The position numbers were made by a program, and so were the translations under genes. Shown here piece after piece: positions 23,991-36,828 of a stretch of 52,051 nt of DNA. A model generated the notes under the pieces. The model searched no databases. It had not been told where the DNA came from and saw only the letters and a program-made list of their open reading frames with translations. How positions within the stretch are numbered: the first letter of the stretch is position 1; the number at the start of each line of letters is the position of its first letter. Source of the stretch: Octopus sinensis (taxonomy: Eukaryota); NCBI RefSeq assembly GCF_006345805.1, contig NW_021833986.1, forward strand, positions 1 to 52,051, written 5' to 3'.

Positions 23991-24731
23991 AAGAATCAGT
24001 CTCCTTGACAAGTTGATGTGTTGATACTTGAAAAGGAAACAAGTAGATATATTTGATATTACTTATGCGAAAATGAAATACGTTAGATGAAATACGATTG
24101 CAATTAAATTATAACAAAATTATATGGATCTTACATTAAAAGAGAAAAATAAAACACTCGTGTTGGAGATTTTATTAACCAAAGCGTGTTTTATAGTACG
24201 TGTAGATTCATATTGCCAAGGAAAATTAATTCAGATTCTCTAATGTGGATTGCGTTAAATATTACATACACTTACACATTCAAGCAGACATCATCAAATT
24301 CATTGAAATTATTAATGCGGTGTACATTTTTAGTAACGGAAAGGGGAGACTCTCTTGTTTTAAGTTGAGTCATTTTCTTGGTATTTCGTAGTTATTAATG
24401 GTGTATTTATACGAGGGAAAGCAGTGCTATATGGCACCTTTTTGGTGAATCAGAGATGTTGTTCTATTGTTTTATTCTTTTATTTGTTTCAGGTACTGAG
24501 CAGTGACCATACTGGAGTTCCACGTCCAGAGATTGGTTTAAAGAACTTGAGCCCAGTACTGTTATTCTAACTGCTTATGTTGCCGGACAATTTAGCGATG
24601 GAGAGTAAAAAAAGAAAAACAGCGGTTGTCAAGCAGAGAGAACACAAACACAATGAAACACAGACACACACAGACACACACACACACGCACATACACACA
24701 TACAGTCCTATACGGTGTGCTTCTATAAACG

Positions 24732-25117
24732 TGGAGGCGCAATGGCCCAGTGGTTAGGGCAGCAGACTCGCAGTCTTAGGATCGCGGTTTCGATTCCCAG
24801 ACCGGGCATTGTGAGTGTTTATTGAACGAAAACACATAAAGCTTCACAAGGCTCCTGAAGGGGGTGGTGGTGAACCCTGCTGTACTCTTTCACCACAACT
24901 TTCTCTCACTCTTTCTTCCTGTTTCTGTTGTACCTGTATTTCAAAGGGGCCAGCCTTGTCACACTCTGTGTCACGCTGAATCTCCTCGAGAACTACGTTA
25001 AGGGTACACGTGTCTGTGGAATGCTCAGCCACTTGCACGTTAATTCCACGAGCAAGCTGTTCCGTTGATCGTATCAGCTGGGACCCTCATCGTCGTAACC
25101 GACGGAGTGCTCCTATA
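24732..25117 (+). mobile_element. SINE head A + tail 1, full length
   Basis: 11-bp TSD ttctataaacg at 24721-24731 and 25118-25128. Confidence 0.95.
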
Positions 25118-25379
25118 TTCTATAAACGCTCCGTCCACCGTCCACCAAATTCACATTGCTCCGAGGTTATAGTACAAGACGCTCTCACTATCTCCATCCA
25201 GTTCGGCTGGGGAGATGTTCAGACGTAGGGGACGCCTGAGAAAGTCCAACTGGCCCACAACACGTTGGCAGATACCCGCAAAATGATCGACTGATTGGAA
25301 CTGGCGTCACGTGGGAGGGTCGGCGGCCCAGGTCGGTGAAACATTCCTCTTCATTAGATGCAGATGTGTGTATGTACAA

Positions 25380-25433
<54 letters not shown>

Positions 25434-25570
25434 GTATGTGCATATAAGAAAGAAAATTTGGGGGTTACCGCACGAGTAAAAACAAGGAAAAATCTCAATA
25501 TGCAGGAGTCTTTGAGAGTGTGAGGATTTCTGAATCCTGCGAGGTGTCAAAAATTAGTTTACATAGTTAT

Positions 25571-25740
25571 AGGAGTAGGACTGGCTGTGTGGTAAGTACC
25601 TTGCTTACCAACCACACGGTTCCGGGTTCAGTCCCACTGCGTGACACCTTGGGCAAGTGTCTTCTACTATAGCCCCGGGCCGAGCAAAGCCTTGTGAGTG
25701 GATTTGGTTGAAGGAAACTGGAAGAAGCCCGTCGTATGTA
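25571..25740 (+). mobile_element. SINE family C, 5' half
   Basis: ggagtaggactggctgtgtggtaag...accttgggcaagtgtcttctactatagcc...gaagcccgtcgtatg. Confidence 0.88.
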
Positions 25741-26017
25741 TGGGTAAGGCTAGTTTGCACTACGTAATCTTTGTGAAACACTTTACACCTAATGATATAA
25801 ACTGAATTTTTTATGTGAAGTTATAATTGTAAAATATTTATTACCTGATCTAAATGTTTTTTTATGTAAACTATTTTTTTGATTCATCAAAGAGGATACA
25901 CAAAGCCTCACACTTTATTTTGACAATCCTTTTAAATAAGTGAAATCAGTTAATATGATAAATACATTTAAAAGATTCCTACCTTTTCAGATTTTTTTAC
26001 ATAAATATATATATATA

Positions 26018-26248
26018 TATTTCTTTACTACCCAGAAGGGGCTAAACACAGAGGGGACAAACAAGGACAGACAAACGGGTTAAGTCGATTATATCGACCC
26101 CAATGCGCAACTGGTACTTAATTTATCGACCCCGAGAAGATGAAAGGCTAAGTCGACCTCGGCGGAATTTGAACCCAGGACGTAGCGGCAGACGAAATAC
26201 GGCTACGCATTTCGCCCGGTGTGCTAACGATTCTACCAGCTCGCCGCT
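26018..26248 (-). mobile_element. SINE family D
   Basis: Full reverse-complement match to D. Confidence 0.92.
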
Positions 26249-26905
26249 AATAACTCCCACACTGTTTTCGCCCACAAAATTCGCTCAGAAAATACTAAGA
26301 TATTGATCGCCCGGTGGCTATAATGCAAGACACCTAACTACACGGTCCCGCCGTGATACCGAACCAGAAACCATGTGACTGCAAAACAATCTTCAGCTTA
26401 TTCAAATTCCCATAGTATATCATTATGAACAGTCCACATCCTACTTCTGTTTACATCGTATAACGTTTTAGAATCTCGGTATACTCGTCACCACTTCTTT
26501 ATTTTTAGTTTTAGTCTTTAATATTTTCTTCTTTTCAAATTTCTGTATTTTTCGCAATTTATTGCCAGAAAAGGATCGTTTCTTATTAAAATTAGCCACA
26601 TTAAAGATATATCAATTTTAAGCAGGCCGTTTACTTCATTCACGTTTATATATTTAGTCTGTTTTCAGATTGACAATTAAGATTTCCAATTCGTGCGCTC
26701 AGCTAAATTGCGTATCTACATAAAACACTCAGAAAATGGCGCTAGTAATTCCGAAAATGGCGTCAGCTTTATGAAGATACCATATTCACTTAAGTAATAT
26801 ATTTACTGCATAGCAGCTGATAATGATAGAATGCTGCCCTAATTTTTCAGTGAAAGCGTTATGTAACTGATGGAATTCTGGAAATTTGACATAATTGTAT
26901 CTATG

Positions 26906-26936
<31 letters not shown>

Positions 26937-27038
26937 TATATATATATATACACATATATACACACATATATGCGTACATATATACATTTTTGGATCGATT
27001 CTTTTGGTTTCGTTTCGTTTCTTCTTCTTCTCTAAGCT

Positions 27039-27078
<40 letters not shown>

Positions 27079-27081
<3 letters not shown>

Positions 27082-27182
27082 GCAAGTGTCTTATGCTATA
27101 GCCTGAGGCCGACCAATGCCTTGTGAGTGGATTTGGTAGATGGAAACTGAAAGAAGCCTGTCGTATATATGTATATATATTA

Positions 27183-27222
<40 letters not shown>

Positions 27223-27440
27223 GTGTGTGTGTTTGTGTGTCTGTGTTTGTCCCCCTAGCATTGCTTGACAACCAGTACTGGTGTGTTTACGTTGCCGTCA
27301 CTTAGCGGTTCGGCAAAAGAGACCGATAAAATAAGTATGGGCTTACAAAGAATAAGTCCCGGGGTCGATTTGCTCGACTAAAGGCGGTGCTCCAGCATGG
27401 CCGCAGCCAAATGACTGAAACAAGTAAAAGAGTAAAGAGT
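27079..27440 (+). mobile_element. SINE family C (5' truncated)
   Basis: Starts at gggcaagtgtc after (TA)n. Intact tail. Confidence 0.9.
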
Positions 27441-27456
27441 ATATATATATTATATA

Positions 27457-27540
27457 TTCAAATGCCTGAAAAAGATAAAACTATAAAAGAATATATATAT
27501 ATATATTCTTTTATAGTTTTATCTTTTTCAGGCATTTGAA
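27457..27540. repeat. Perfect 84-bp palindrome
   Basis: 27457-27498 is the exact reverse complement of 27499-27540. Confidence 0.95.
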
Positions 27541-27866
27541 TGCGGCCTTGCTAGAGCACCGCCTTTACTCGAACAAATCGACCCTAAGACTTATTCTCTG
27601 TAAGCCTAGTAATTATTCTATTGGTCCATTTTGGTCCCTTTTTCCAAACCGTCGAAACACACCAACATCGGTTGTCAAGCGACAGTGGGGGGACAAACAC
27701 GGACGCGCGCTCGCACACACACACATATACGAAGGTCTTCTTTCCGTTTCCGTCTACCAATTCCACTAACAAGACTTTGGTTGGACCCAAGTCATAGTAG
27801 AAGACACTTGCCCAACACTCCACTCAGTGGGACTGTACCCGGAGCCATGTGGCTGTAAAGCAAGCT
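27541..27866 (-). mobile_element. SINE family C (diverged)
   Basis: Reverse complement of C tail and head, tail-to-tail with 27079-27440. Confidence 0.85.
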
Positions 27867-28048
27867 ATATATATATATATATATATATATAATATGTATA
27901 TATATATAATATATATAATATATATATATATATGTATATATATATGTATATATATATGTATATAAAGAGAAACATAAAGGACCTTTCTCGCTTCATATCT
28001 GTTTGTTTTTAACACAAATCGTCGTCTATTGGTTTTTGTAAATTCCAG

Positions 28049-28084
<36 letters not shown>

Positions 28085-28229
28085 TAATTAAGGGCTAAAG
28101 AGGGTTATTCTAAAGCCAATACACTGATTTATCCACTTATATACTTCAACCAACCGTAACGGTTTTTTTAATATACTGCCCACGCTTCCTGATGGATTCG
28201 TTTTCTGTAGATAAAAGGACTTCATCCTA

Positions 28230-28237
28230 TATTGCTA

Positions 28238-28333
<96 letters not shown>

Positions 28334-28350
28334 TTATTATTATTGTTATT
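28230..28350. repeat. (TA)n followed by (AAT)n
   Basis: Direct inspection. Confidence 0.92.
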
Positions 28351-28352
28351 TA

Positions 28353-28629
28353 CGCACCCTTTTCAAGCCTGGTTTCTCTGGCGAATGTGTTCCGCCAGCT
28401 GGACGGGACGCCAGTCCATCGCAGAGTTACTCAAGAAAGAGGAAGAGAGAGTGAGAGAAAGTTGGGGGCGAAAAGTACATCGGGGGTCGCCACTAACCTC
28501 TGCTTGAGCTACGTGGAAAATTAGGTGTTTTCACTTAATAAACACATATAACGCCCGGTCTGGGAATCGAAACCACGATCCTCCGACCGCGAGTCCACTG
28601 CCCTAACCACTGGGCTATTGCACTTCCAC
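28353..28629 (-). mobile_element. SINE head A + tail 2
   Basis: ctggacgggacgccagtccatcgcag...cccggtctgggaatcgaaacc...ccctaaccactgggc. Confidence 0.9.
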
Positions 28630-28654
28630 ACACACACACACACACACACACATA

Positions 28655-28853
28655 TTACTCTCTCTTTACTCTTTTACTTGTATCAGTCATTTGACTGCGG
28701 TCATGCTGGAGCAACGCCTTTAGTCGAGCAAATCGACCCCGGGACTTATTCTTTGTAAGCCCAGTACTTATTCCATCGATGTCTTTTGGCGAACCGCTAA
28801 GTTACGAGGGCGTAAACACGCCAGCATCGGGGGACAAAACCAGAGACACACAA

Positions 28854-28916
<63 letters not shown>

Positions 28917-29081
28917 ACATATATACGACAGGCTTCTTTCAGTTTCCGTCTACCAAATCCACTCACAAGGCATTGGTCGGCCCGGGGCTATAACAGAAGA
29001 CACTTGCCCAAGATGCCACGCAGTGGGACTGACCGGGAACATGTGGTTGGTAAGCAAGCTACTTACCACCACCCTCCTGCG

Positions 29082-29083
<2 letters not shown>
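28655..29083 (-). mobile_element. SINE family C, full length
   Basis: Reverse complement of complete C, ending ...cctcctgcgcc. Confidence 0.92.
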
Positions 29084-29143
<60 letters not shown>

Positions 29144-29150
29144 ATATATA

Positions 29151-31036
29151 TTATATAAAAGGGCTTAGTAAAATAAATTACTTTGCCGCATACTGAACTC
29201 ATTAGAAATAGCAGCTAAAAAACTTTTTTAAAGCTATTTCTAATACTTAAAGAAAATCTCTCTCATATATAGTGTTTGCTTAATTCAACTCACAAAAGTT
29301 TGGGGTAAGGACATCGAAAAATCAAATGCTAAGGTTATTTGAGAACGTACGTTTCAAGATTAGTCAAAAACCACACTTCTATCATCAGCTCAGAAATTCC
29401 TTGGTTTGGATTTGGAAACACTGAAAATAAGAACATACCCTTTCGAAGATCTGCTCGTAACTAACAGTATCAACAAATTCAAATAAGCAAGCGAAGAATC
29501 TCTGTTCTCCCCCCTTTCCACCAGCGTGGGTTAAAAACATCAAACACTATGCTTATTTCGGTAAAATCCGAAGCATTAATCAGAGGGAGATTAATTATAA
29601 TTTCAACAATTGAGGGCAAAATTAATTAATTATTAATCAATTTCACCAAGTGTTCAGTATGCAAAGGGACCATTCAAGGCGAATTCAAATTATTACATTA
29701 TATAAAAGGCTTAGTAAAATAAATTACTTTGCCGCATACTGAACACATTAGAAATAGCAGCTAAAAAACTTTTTTAAAGCTATTTCTAATACTTAAAGAA
29801 AATCTCTCTCATATATAGGTTTGCTTAATTCAACTCACAAAAGTTTGGGGTAAGGACATCGAAAAATCAAATGCTAAGGTTATTTGAGAACGTACGTTCA
29901 ATATAGTCCAAAAACAACACTCTCTATCACAGCTCAGAAATTCCTTGGTTTGGATTTGGAAACACTGAAAATAAGAACATACCCTTTCGAAGATCTGCTC
30001 GTAACTAACAGTATCAACAAATTCAAATAAGCAAGCGAAGAATCTCTGTTCTCCCCTTTCCACCAGCGTGGGTTAAAAACATCAAACACTATGCTTATTT
30101 CGGTAAAATCCGAAGCATTAATCAGAGGGAGATTAATTATAATTTCAACAATTGAGGGCAAAATTAATTAATTATTAATCAATTTCACCAAGTGTTCAGT
30201 ATGCAAAGGGACCTTCAAGGCGAATTCAAATTATTACATTATATAAAAGGGCTTAGTAAAATAAATTACTTTGCAAACACTATATATGAGAGAGATTTTC
30301 TTTAAGTATTAGAAATAGCTTTAAAAAAGTTTTTTAGCTGCTATTTCTAATGAGTTCAGTATGCGGCAAAGTAATTTATTTTACTAAGCCCTTTTATATA
30401 ATGTAATAATTTGAATTCGCCTGAATGGTCCCTTTGCATACTGAACACTGGTGAAATTGATTATAATTAATTAATTTTGCCCTCAATTGTTGAAATTATA
30501 ATTAATCTCCCTCTGATTAATGCTTCGGATTTTACCGAAATAAGCATAGTGTTTGATGTTTTTAACCCACGCTGGTGGAAAGGGAGAACAGAGATTCTTC
30601 GCTTGCTTATTGAATTTGTTGATACTGTTAGTTACGAGCAGATCTTCGAAAGGGTATGTTCTTATTTTCAGTGTTTCCAAATCCAAACCAAGGAATTTCT
30701 GAGCTGATGATAGAGTGTTGTTTTGACTAATCTTGAAACGTACGTTCTCAAATAACCTTAGCATTTGATTTTTCGATGTCCTTACCCCCAAACTTTTGTG
30801 AGTTGAATTAAGCAAACACTATATATGAGAGAGATTTTCTTTAAGCATTAGAAATAGCTTTAAAAAAGTTTTTTAGCTGCTATTTCTAATGAGTTCAGTA
30901 TGCGGCAAAGTAATTTTTTTACTAAGCCTTTTATATAATGTAATAATTTGAATTCGCCTTGAATGGTCCCTTTGCACTACTGAACACTGGTGAAATTGAT
31001 TAATATTAATTAATTTTGCCCTCATTGTTGAAATAA
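29151..31036. repeat. ~545-bp unit array: two direct copies plus a partial third, then ~1.4 inverted copies
   Basis: Units start ttatataaaa(g)ggcttag at 29151, 29698 and 30239. Strand switch at ~30274 (ctttgc|aaacac). Copies are nearly identical and differ mostly by 1-bp indels. Confidence 0.93.
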
Positions 31037-31230
31037 TATATATATATATATGTATATATAACCAAAAACAAACACGCGCACGAAAGAGTATATATTTATA
31101 GTGATGCGCCTCTATTTTCTTTCACTTCATCTTCCGGCATTCGTTGCTCGCTCTTCTGCATGCCCCGTTCTCCCTCTTCACGTCCCCTTTAAATTTTCAC
31201 TCCTTTTTTACCCCTCTTATATCTCACTTA

Positions 31231-31613
31231 GGAGGCGCAATGGCCCAGTGGTTAGGGCAGCGGACTCGCGGTCGTAGGATCGCGGTTTCGATTCCCAGAG
31301 CGTTGTGAGTGTTTATTGAGCGAAAACACCTAAAAGCTTCACGAGGCTCCGGCAGGGGATGGTGATGATCCCTGCTGTACTCTTTCACCACAACTTTCTC
31401 TTACTCTTACTTCCTGTTTCTGTTGTATCTGTATTTCAAAGGGCCAGCCTTGTCACTCTCTGTGTCACGCTGAATATCCCCGAGAACTACGTTAAGGGTG
31501 CACGTGTCTGTGGAATGCTCAGCTACTTACACGTTAATTTCACGAGCAGGCTGTTCCGTTGATTCGGATCAACCGGAACCCTCGCCGTCGTAACCGACGG
31601 AGTGCTTCCATCC
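31231..31613 (+). mobile_element. SINE head A + tail 1, full length
   Basis: 12-bp TSD atatctcactta at 31219-31230 and 31614-31625. Confidence 0.95.
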
Positions 31614-32077
31614 ATATCTCACTTATACGAATCTGTAGTTCGATCATAACCACAATAAACAGCACAGGGTAAAATTAGAAGTCCCAGTCAAAACAACGTA
31701 TCGGAAAAATTTGACTCTGCTGATTGCATTGAGCGCTTTAACGCTATATATTATTTGAAACTATATAATTTAACGACGCTGACGCAAATACGTACGTACA
31801 CACAGTCGCGTTACACACTTTATATAATGAGGTAGACTTACCCTTAAGATACGATACTAAGGCATCGGCAAATCAAGAAAGTACTTAACGAGTTTCAATG
31901 CTGCTGCGAAAGTTATTTTTATAGTTCGAAGTTTAATTACTTCTTCGTACTCTTTCATCTCTTAATATGAAAGACGAAACATCTTAACATCTTGGAAGTG
32001 AACTTTGAATGAATAATTCATACAAACATAAATATATATAAACATACATACAGGCTTATATTTATATATACATACAT

Positions 32078-32080
32078 AAG

Positions 32081-32128
<48 letters not shown>

Positions 32129-32249
32129 CTTCTATGCATCTATCTATCTATCTATACATCTATCTATCTATACATTTATCTATCTATACATCTATCTATC
32201 TATACATCTATCTATCTATACATCTATCTATCTATCTATCTATCTATAC

Positions 32250-32325
<76 letters not shown>

Positions 32326-32370
32326 CTCTCTCTCTCTCGTTATATATATATATATATACATGTATATATT
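32078..32370. repeat. (TATC)n/(TATACATC) microsatellite followed by (TC)n(TA)n
   Basis: Direct inspection. Confidence 0.95.
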
Positions 32371-33216
32371 TAGTTATATATTAATATACACATTTGTTTT
32401 ATGTATTTTCCTGTTTCACTATATATGAATATATATATATAAATACACACACATATATATACATATATGTGTGTGTATGTATGTATGTATATACATGTAT
32501 ATTTATGTATATGTATATATCTATATAACATTAAACAGATGGATTTTATGATGAGTATATATATACTAAGTGTATGGATGTGTGTGTGTGTGAGCTTATG
32601 ATTTTCTATGATGTATATTATAATGTATATATAAATGAATATATAAGAAAGTTTGTGCATTGATTTGATGTCCATCTACGCGGTTCCTTATATTTTATGT
32701 GTCTCGCTGTCTACACTTTCACTACAAACGTCGTAGCTATGTATTTTACTAATCTACACTTCCCCCTCCTCATCATTCTCCTCTTCCTCCTCATCATTGA
32801 AAAATCTGTAATTTCGATCCATTTCCACTTTAACCACTGCTTTCTAACTTTCATTTTCTTCTAGCTGCATATTCTATTTCTATCTTTTCAAATCGTTCTA
32901 GTAATTGCGCGTTCTTACCACTGCTCCGGTAAAGATATTTCTTATACGTAATAAAAGTTGTTTCGAAATTTGGCAGAAAGCAAATAAATTCGGGAGAGGT
33001 GTTAAGTAATTTACATCGACTGCATTGTAAAACTGCTACTTACTTTATCGACCCCAAAATAATTAGAGGCAAAACTTGAGATTCAGATCGTAGAAATGGG
33101 AAGAATGCCGCCATATTTATTGTTCGACATGTTAACAGTGCTACCAGTTCCCTGCCTTCTCGCAACAGCGATAGCATACGTATGCGTGTGCGCTCGTATG
33201 TTTATGTGCGACTATG

Positions 33217-33247
<31 letters not shown>

Positions 33248-33367
33248 TCTTGTGTGAAGATATTTCACACGAATAAACACAAAGTAGAAACGACGACCGA
33301 AATGTCTTCACATTTAAACAATTTAAGTTAACACAACGCTAAAATATAATACTAATAATTGTGATAA

Positions 33368-33938
33368 CCATTTCTACTATAGGCACAGCGCCTGCAATTT
33401 GGGGGAGGGGATAGTCAATTTCATCGACCCCAGTGTGTAACTGGTATTTATTTCATCAACCCCATTAAGATGAAAGCAAAGTCGACCTCGACGGAATTTG
33501 AACGCAGAACGTAACGGCAGACGAAATACCTATTTCTTTATTACCCACAAGGAGCTAAACACAGAGGGGACAAACAATGAGAGACAAACGGATCAAGTCG
33601 ATTATATTGATCCCAGTGCGTAACTGGTACTTATTTAATCGACTTCGGAAGGCAAAGTCGACCTCGACGGAATTTGAACTCAGAACGTAGCAGCAGACGA
33701 AATACCTATTTCTTTACTACCCACAAGGGGCTAAATACAGAGAGGAAAAACAAGGACAGACACACGTATTAAGTCGATCACATCGACCCAGTGCGTAACT
33801 GATACTTATTTAATTGACCCCGAAAGGATGAATGTCAAAGTAGACGTCGGCAGAATTTGAACTCAGAACGTAACGGCAGACGAAATACGGCTACGCATTT
33901 CGCCCGGCGTGCTAACGTTTCTGCCAGCTCGCAGCCTT
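33368..33938 (-). mobile_element. Tandem trimer of SINE family D
   Basis: Same architecture as 17488-18040 on the minus strand. Junctions gacgaaatacc|tatttcttta at ~33530 and ~33707. Confidence 0.9.
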
Positions 33939-34581
33939 GTTAATAATTATGATAATAATTCAGGAACCAAGACTCTAAAAATAAATGAAGCGCTATAAAA
34001 CACCTGTTCTTTAATTATATACCCTATGCTACAGGTGGTACAATAAACTATGAAAATTAACAATAAATCTACATAAGCATTTAATCCAATCATGACCTAT
34101 TTTTAGGCCGATATTTCGCTTCACCTACTACGATAGTAGAGGTAAATTCTACGTCAATCGTCCAACGACTATTTATAGTAATACTTCTACCACCACTGAA
34201 CAACAACAAGGGACACTTTATTCATTCAGTTTGATTCGAAACAGTATAGAATAAAGGGTCCTGAGGAAGCTGTACCGAGCATGGTGCAAGATTACATATC
34301 CAACAGTGTACAGTCTCTGCAGTTGAAACACAGAGGAGTTCCGGAGATTACGTTAAATATAAATTATGGATGTGAAAAATCTCCATTCTCCTTAACATTA
34401 TTAATTACTCTATGGAAGATATTCAGTTCTGAACAAGACACACAGAATTACCCAAAAGGGGAAGGTACCAAGACCTAAAAACCCATTGTTAGCTCGAGTA
34501 CTGGGGATAGCCGGGGTATGAAACCGTTTCGGGAGAAAATACGGGACCTGCCAAGATAATATATCCCTTTAAGCTCATATA

Positions 34582-34613
<32 letters not shown>

Positions 34614-34639
34614 CATATATATATATATACATATATATA

Positions 34640-34920
34640 TCACATGATCACGTGACCGACCAGGCTATCAGATGTTGCTACACATCGCCGGTACACATTG
34701 CGCTTCGCAATGTTTTAACCTTCATATGACGCCACCCCGCTATTTAAGAGAGCAAGCCAACAGAAGAAAAAGTGAGAAAGAGTTTCGGCGAAAGATTACA
34801 GCCGGGATCGTCACCACCACCCCCTGCTGGAGCCTGGTGGAGCTTTATGTGTTTTCGCTCAATAAAAACTCACAACGCCCGGTCTGGGAATCGAAACCGC
34901 GATCTACGACCTTGAGTCCG
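34640..34920 (-). mobile_element. SINE head A + third tail type
   Basis: Head-A reverse complement (cccggtctgggaatcgaaaccgcgatc, gagaaagagttt) joined to a different tail (cacatgatcacgtgaccgaccaggctatcagatg). Confidence 0.75.
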
Positions 34921-34962
<42 letters not shown>

Positions 34963-35507
34963 GTATGCATGTATAATACGATTTAAAACGACATTTTTGT
35001 CTAAACAATTGACTGAAAAGGAGCTAACTCCAACTTGATTCGACCCACAGATCAACGCTTCCATAGCTCCTTGCGCATTCGATTCATCCAGAATACTCAT
35101 CCATAAATTTCAGTCACATTTTATGAATAGAAACATAACTGCAAATAACTACATATAATATTTTATTATAAACCCTGAGGCTTGATAAATTACGAAGGTA
35201 AAGCGACTATTTCCATATACATATATTTTAATATGTCACACCTACGGACTGAACACAACAACGATTGGACACACACACACACACACACACACACATAAAT
35301 ACACAAACACACACTCACACACGCGCGCGCGCATACATACACTTATCATTTGCCTTAAATTTCTCCGTGAAAATAATATGAACTTTTATTCACAAGCATG
35401 TTGTCGCTTACAGCAAAGTAATTTATTCAGACGGTACTATTTCTCCGCTACATATTGCTGCGCTCGTTGTAAAATGATTTTCATGGAATATTTTGACATT
35501 TTTAAGA

Positions 35508-35650
35508 CCAAGGAGAATAGCTTCACGGATGCAAAGAAGTTCCCGTACAAGCTGTTGCCTTATGCTGAGCCGGGGAGTAATTTTGTCTTCTTAGATGAAA
35601 AGAACTTCTACCAGGACTTGTTGCACAACACCCAGAAAAACAGGTGGCAA
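35508..35650 (+). pseudogene. Tc1/mariner (maT/DD37D-like) transposase fragment
   Basis: DAKKFPYKLLPYAEPGSNFVFLDEKNFYQDLLHNTQKNRW resembles the first catalytic-D block FFSDEKNF.QD...N..N.RW of maT/Bmmar1-type transposases. Confidence 0.65.
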
Positions 35651-35676
35651 CGCCAGGTATCTCTGCTAGTATGTAA

Positions 35677-35714
<38 letters not shown>

Positions 35715-35725
35715 ATGTGTGTATG

Positions 35726-35944
35726 TACTCTTTACTCTTTTACTTGTTTCAGTCATTTGACTGCAGCCATGCTGGAGCACCGCATTTAATCGAGCAAATC
35801 GGCCCCGGGACTTATGCTTTGTAAGCCCAGTACTTATTCTATCGGTCTCTTTTTACCGAACCGCTAAGTGAAGGGGACATAAACACACCAGCATAGGTTG
35901 TCAACCAATGCTAGGGGAACAAACACAAACACACACATACATAC

Positions 35945-35977
<33 letters not shown>

Positions 35978-36128
35978 ATATATATTATATATATATATAT
36001 ATACATATATATATACATATATACGACAGGCTTATTTCAGTTTCCGTCAACCAAATCCACTCACAAGGCTTTGGGACTGAATCCGGAACCATGTGGTTGG
36101 TAAACAAGCTACTTACCACACAGCCACT

Positions 36129-36131
<3 letters not shown>
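35726..36131 (-). mobile_element. SINE family C
   Basis: Reverse complement of C with internal (TA)n and a deletion in the CORE-like part. Confidence 0.9.
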
Positions 36132-36212
<81 letters not shown>

Positions 36213-36221
36213 ATACACACA

Positions 36222-36496
36222 CAATTGCAGCGTGGAAGGTGATTATAAGCCATTTAAGAAACGCACAAAGACCGTTAGATCCTCTTCAATATTTAAATTT
36301 AATTTGCCGAAATATTTTCGTCGCTTTGACACCGTGATTTGTTCACTGACAAAATTACGTGCAATGCAGCACGGAACAGGTCGTGGTCACAAAGCGACGA
36401 ACATTTTTGGCAAATTAAATTTAAATGTTGAAGTGAATCTAACGGTTTTTGTGTGTTTTCTTAAATGGCTTATAAACATCTTACACGCTGTAATTG
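36222..36496. mobile_element. Fold-back/MITE-like element with ~110-bp imperfect inverted arms
   Basis: caattgcagcgtg...ataagccatttaagaaa...tttaaatttaatttgcc...tcgtcgctttg (36222-~36330) mirrors caaagcgacga...ggcaaattaaatttaaa...ttcttaaatggcttat...cacgctgtaattg (~36385-36496). Confidence 0.8.
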
Positions 36497-36555
36497 TTTT
36501 CGTTCCAGCACACGATCTCAGATCAGGTCACTTGCTTTGCAAGTACATCTCCATA

Positions 36556-36603
<48 letters not shown>

Positions 36604-36605
<2 letters not shown>

Positions 36606-36828
36606 CATTATTGGTGAATTGAAGAAATGGAGCTGAACGCAGATTGAACAGAAATCGTTTTATTTCATTCTACACGTGTTTCGAAAGGCACAAATTACCA
36701 AAATCCGATTGAATCCGATTCAATCGGATTTTGGTAATTTGTGCCTTTCGAAACACGTGTAGAATGAAATAAAACGATTTCTGTTCAATCTGCGTTCAGC
36801 TCCATTTCTTCAATTCACCAATAATGTT
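36604..36828. repeat. Perfect 225-bp palindrome (112-bp arms, 1-nt spacer)
   Basis: 36604-36715 is the exact reverse complement of 36717-36828. Confidence 0.95.

Noticed and set aside
5771-26306. Recurrent short ORFs with WYLIYRPREDERQSRPRRNLN or LKAVLQHGRSQMTE motifs
   Set aside because: Read-through of family D and C SINE consensus, not a protein family.
26730-26765. Twin aaaatggcg (YY1-like) motifs
   Set aside because: Two short motifs with no CpG island or other promoter evidence.
34870-35100. Minus-strand ORF MSILDESNAQGAMEALICGSNQVG...
   Set aside because: No recognisable homology or splice context, and the ORF runs into microsatellite and SINE sequence.
35508-35656. Host exon (ttttaag|...cag|gtatct boundaries)
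   Set aside because: The peptide is better explained as a maT/mariner catalytic-domain relic, so the splice-like ends are probably chance.
36340-36390. Third hammerhead candidate (ctgacaa...gtgc/gcac ggaa cag gtc)
   Set aside because: Core spacing is wrong, GAAA is altered and stem I does not pair.
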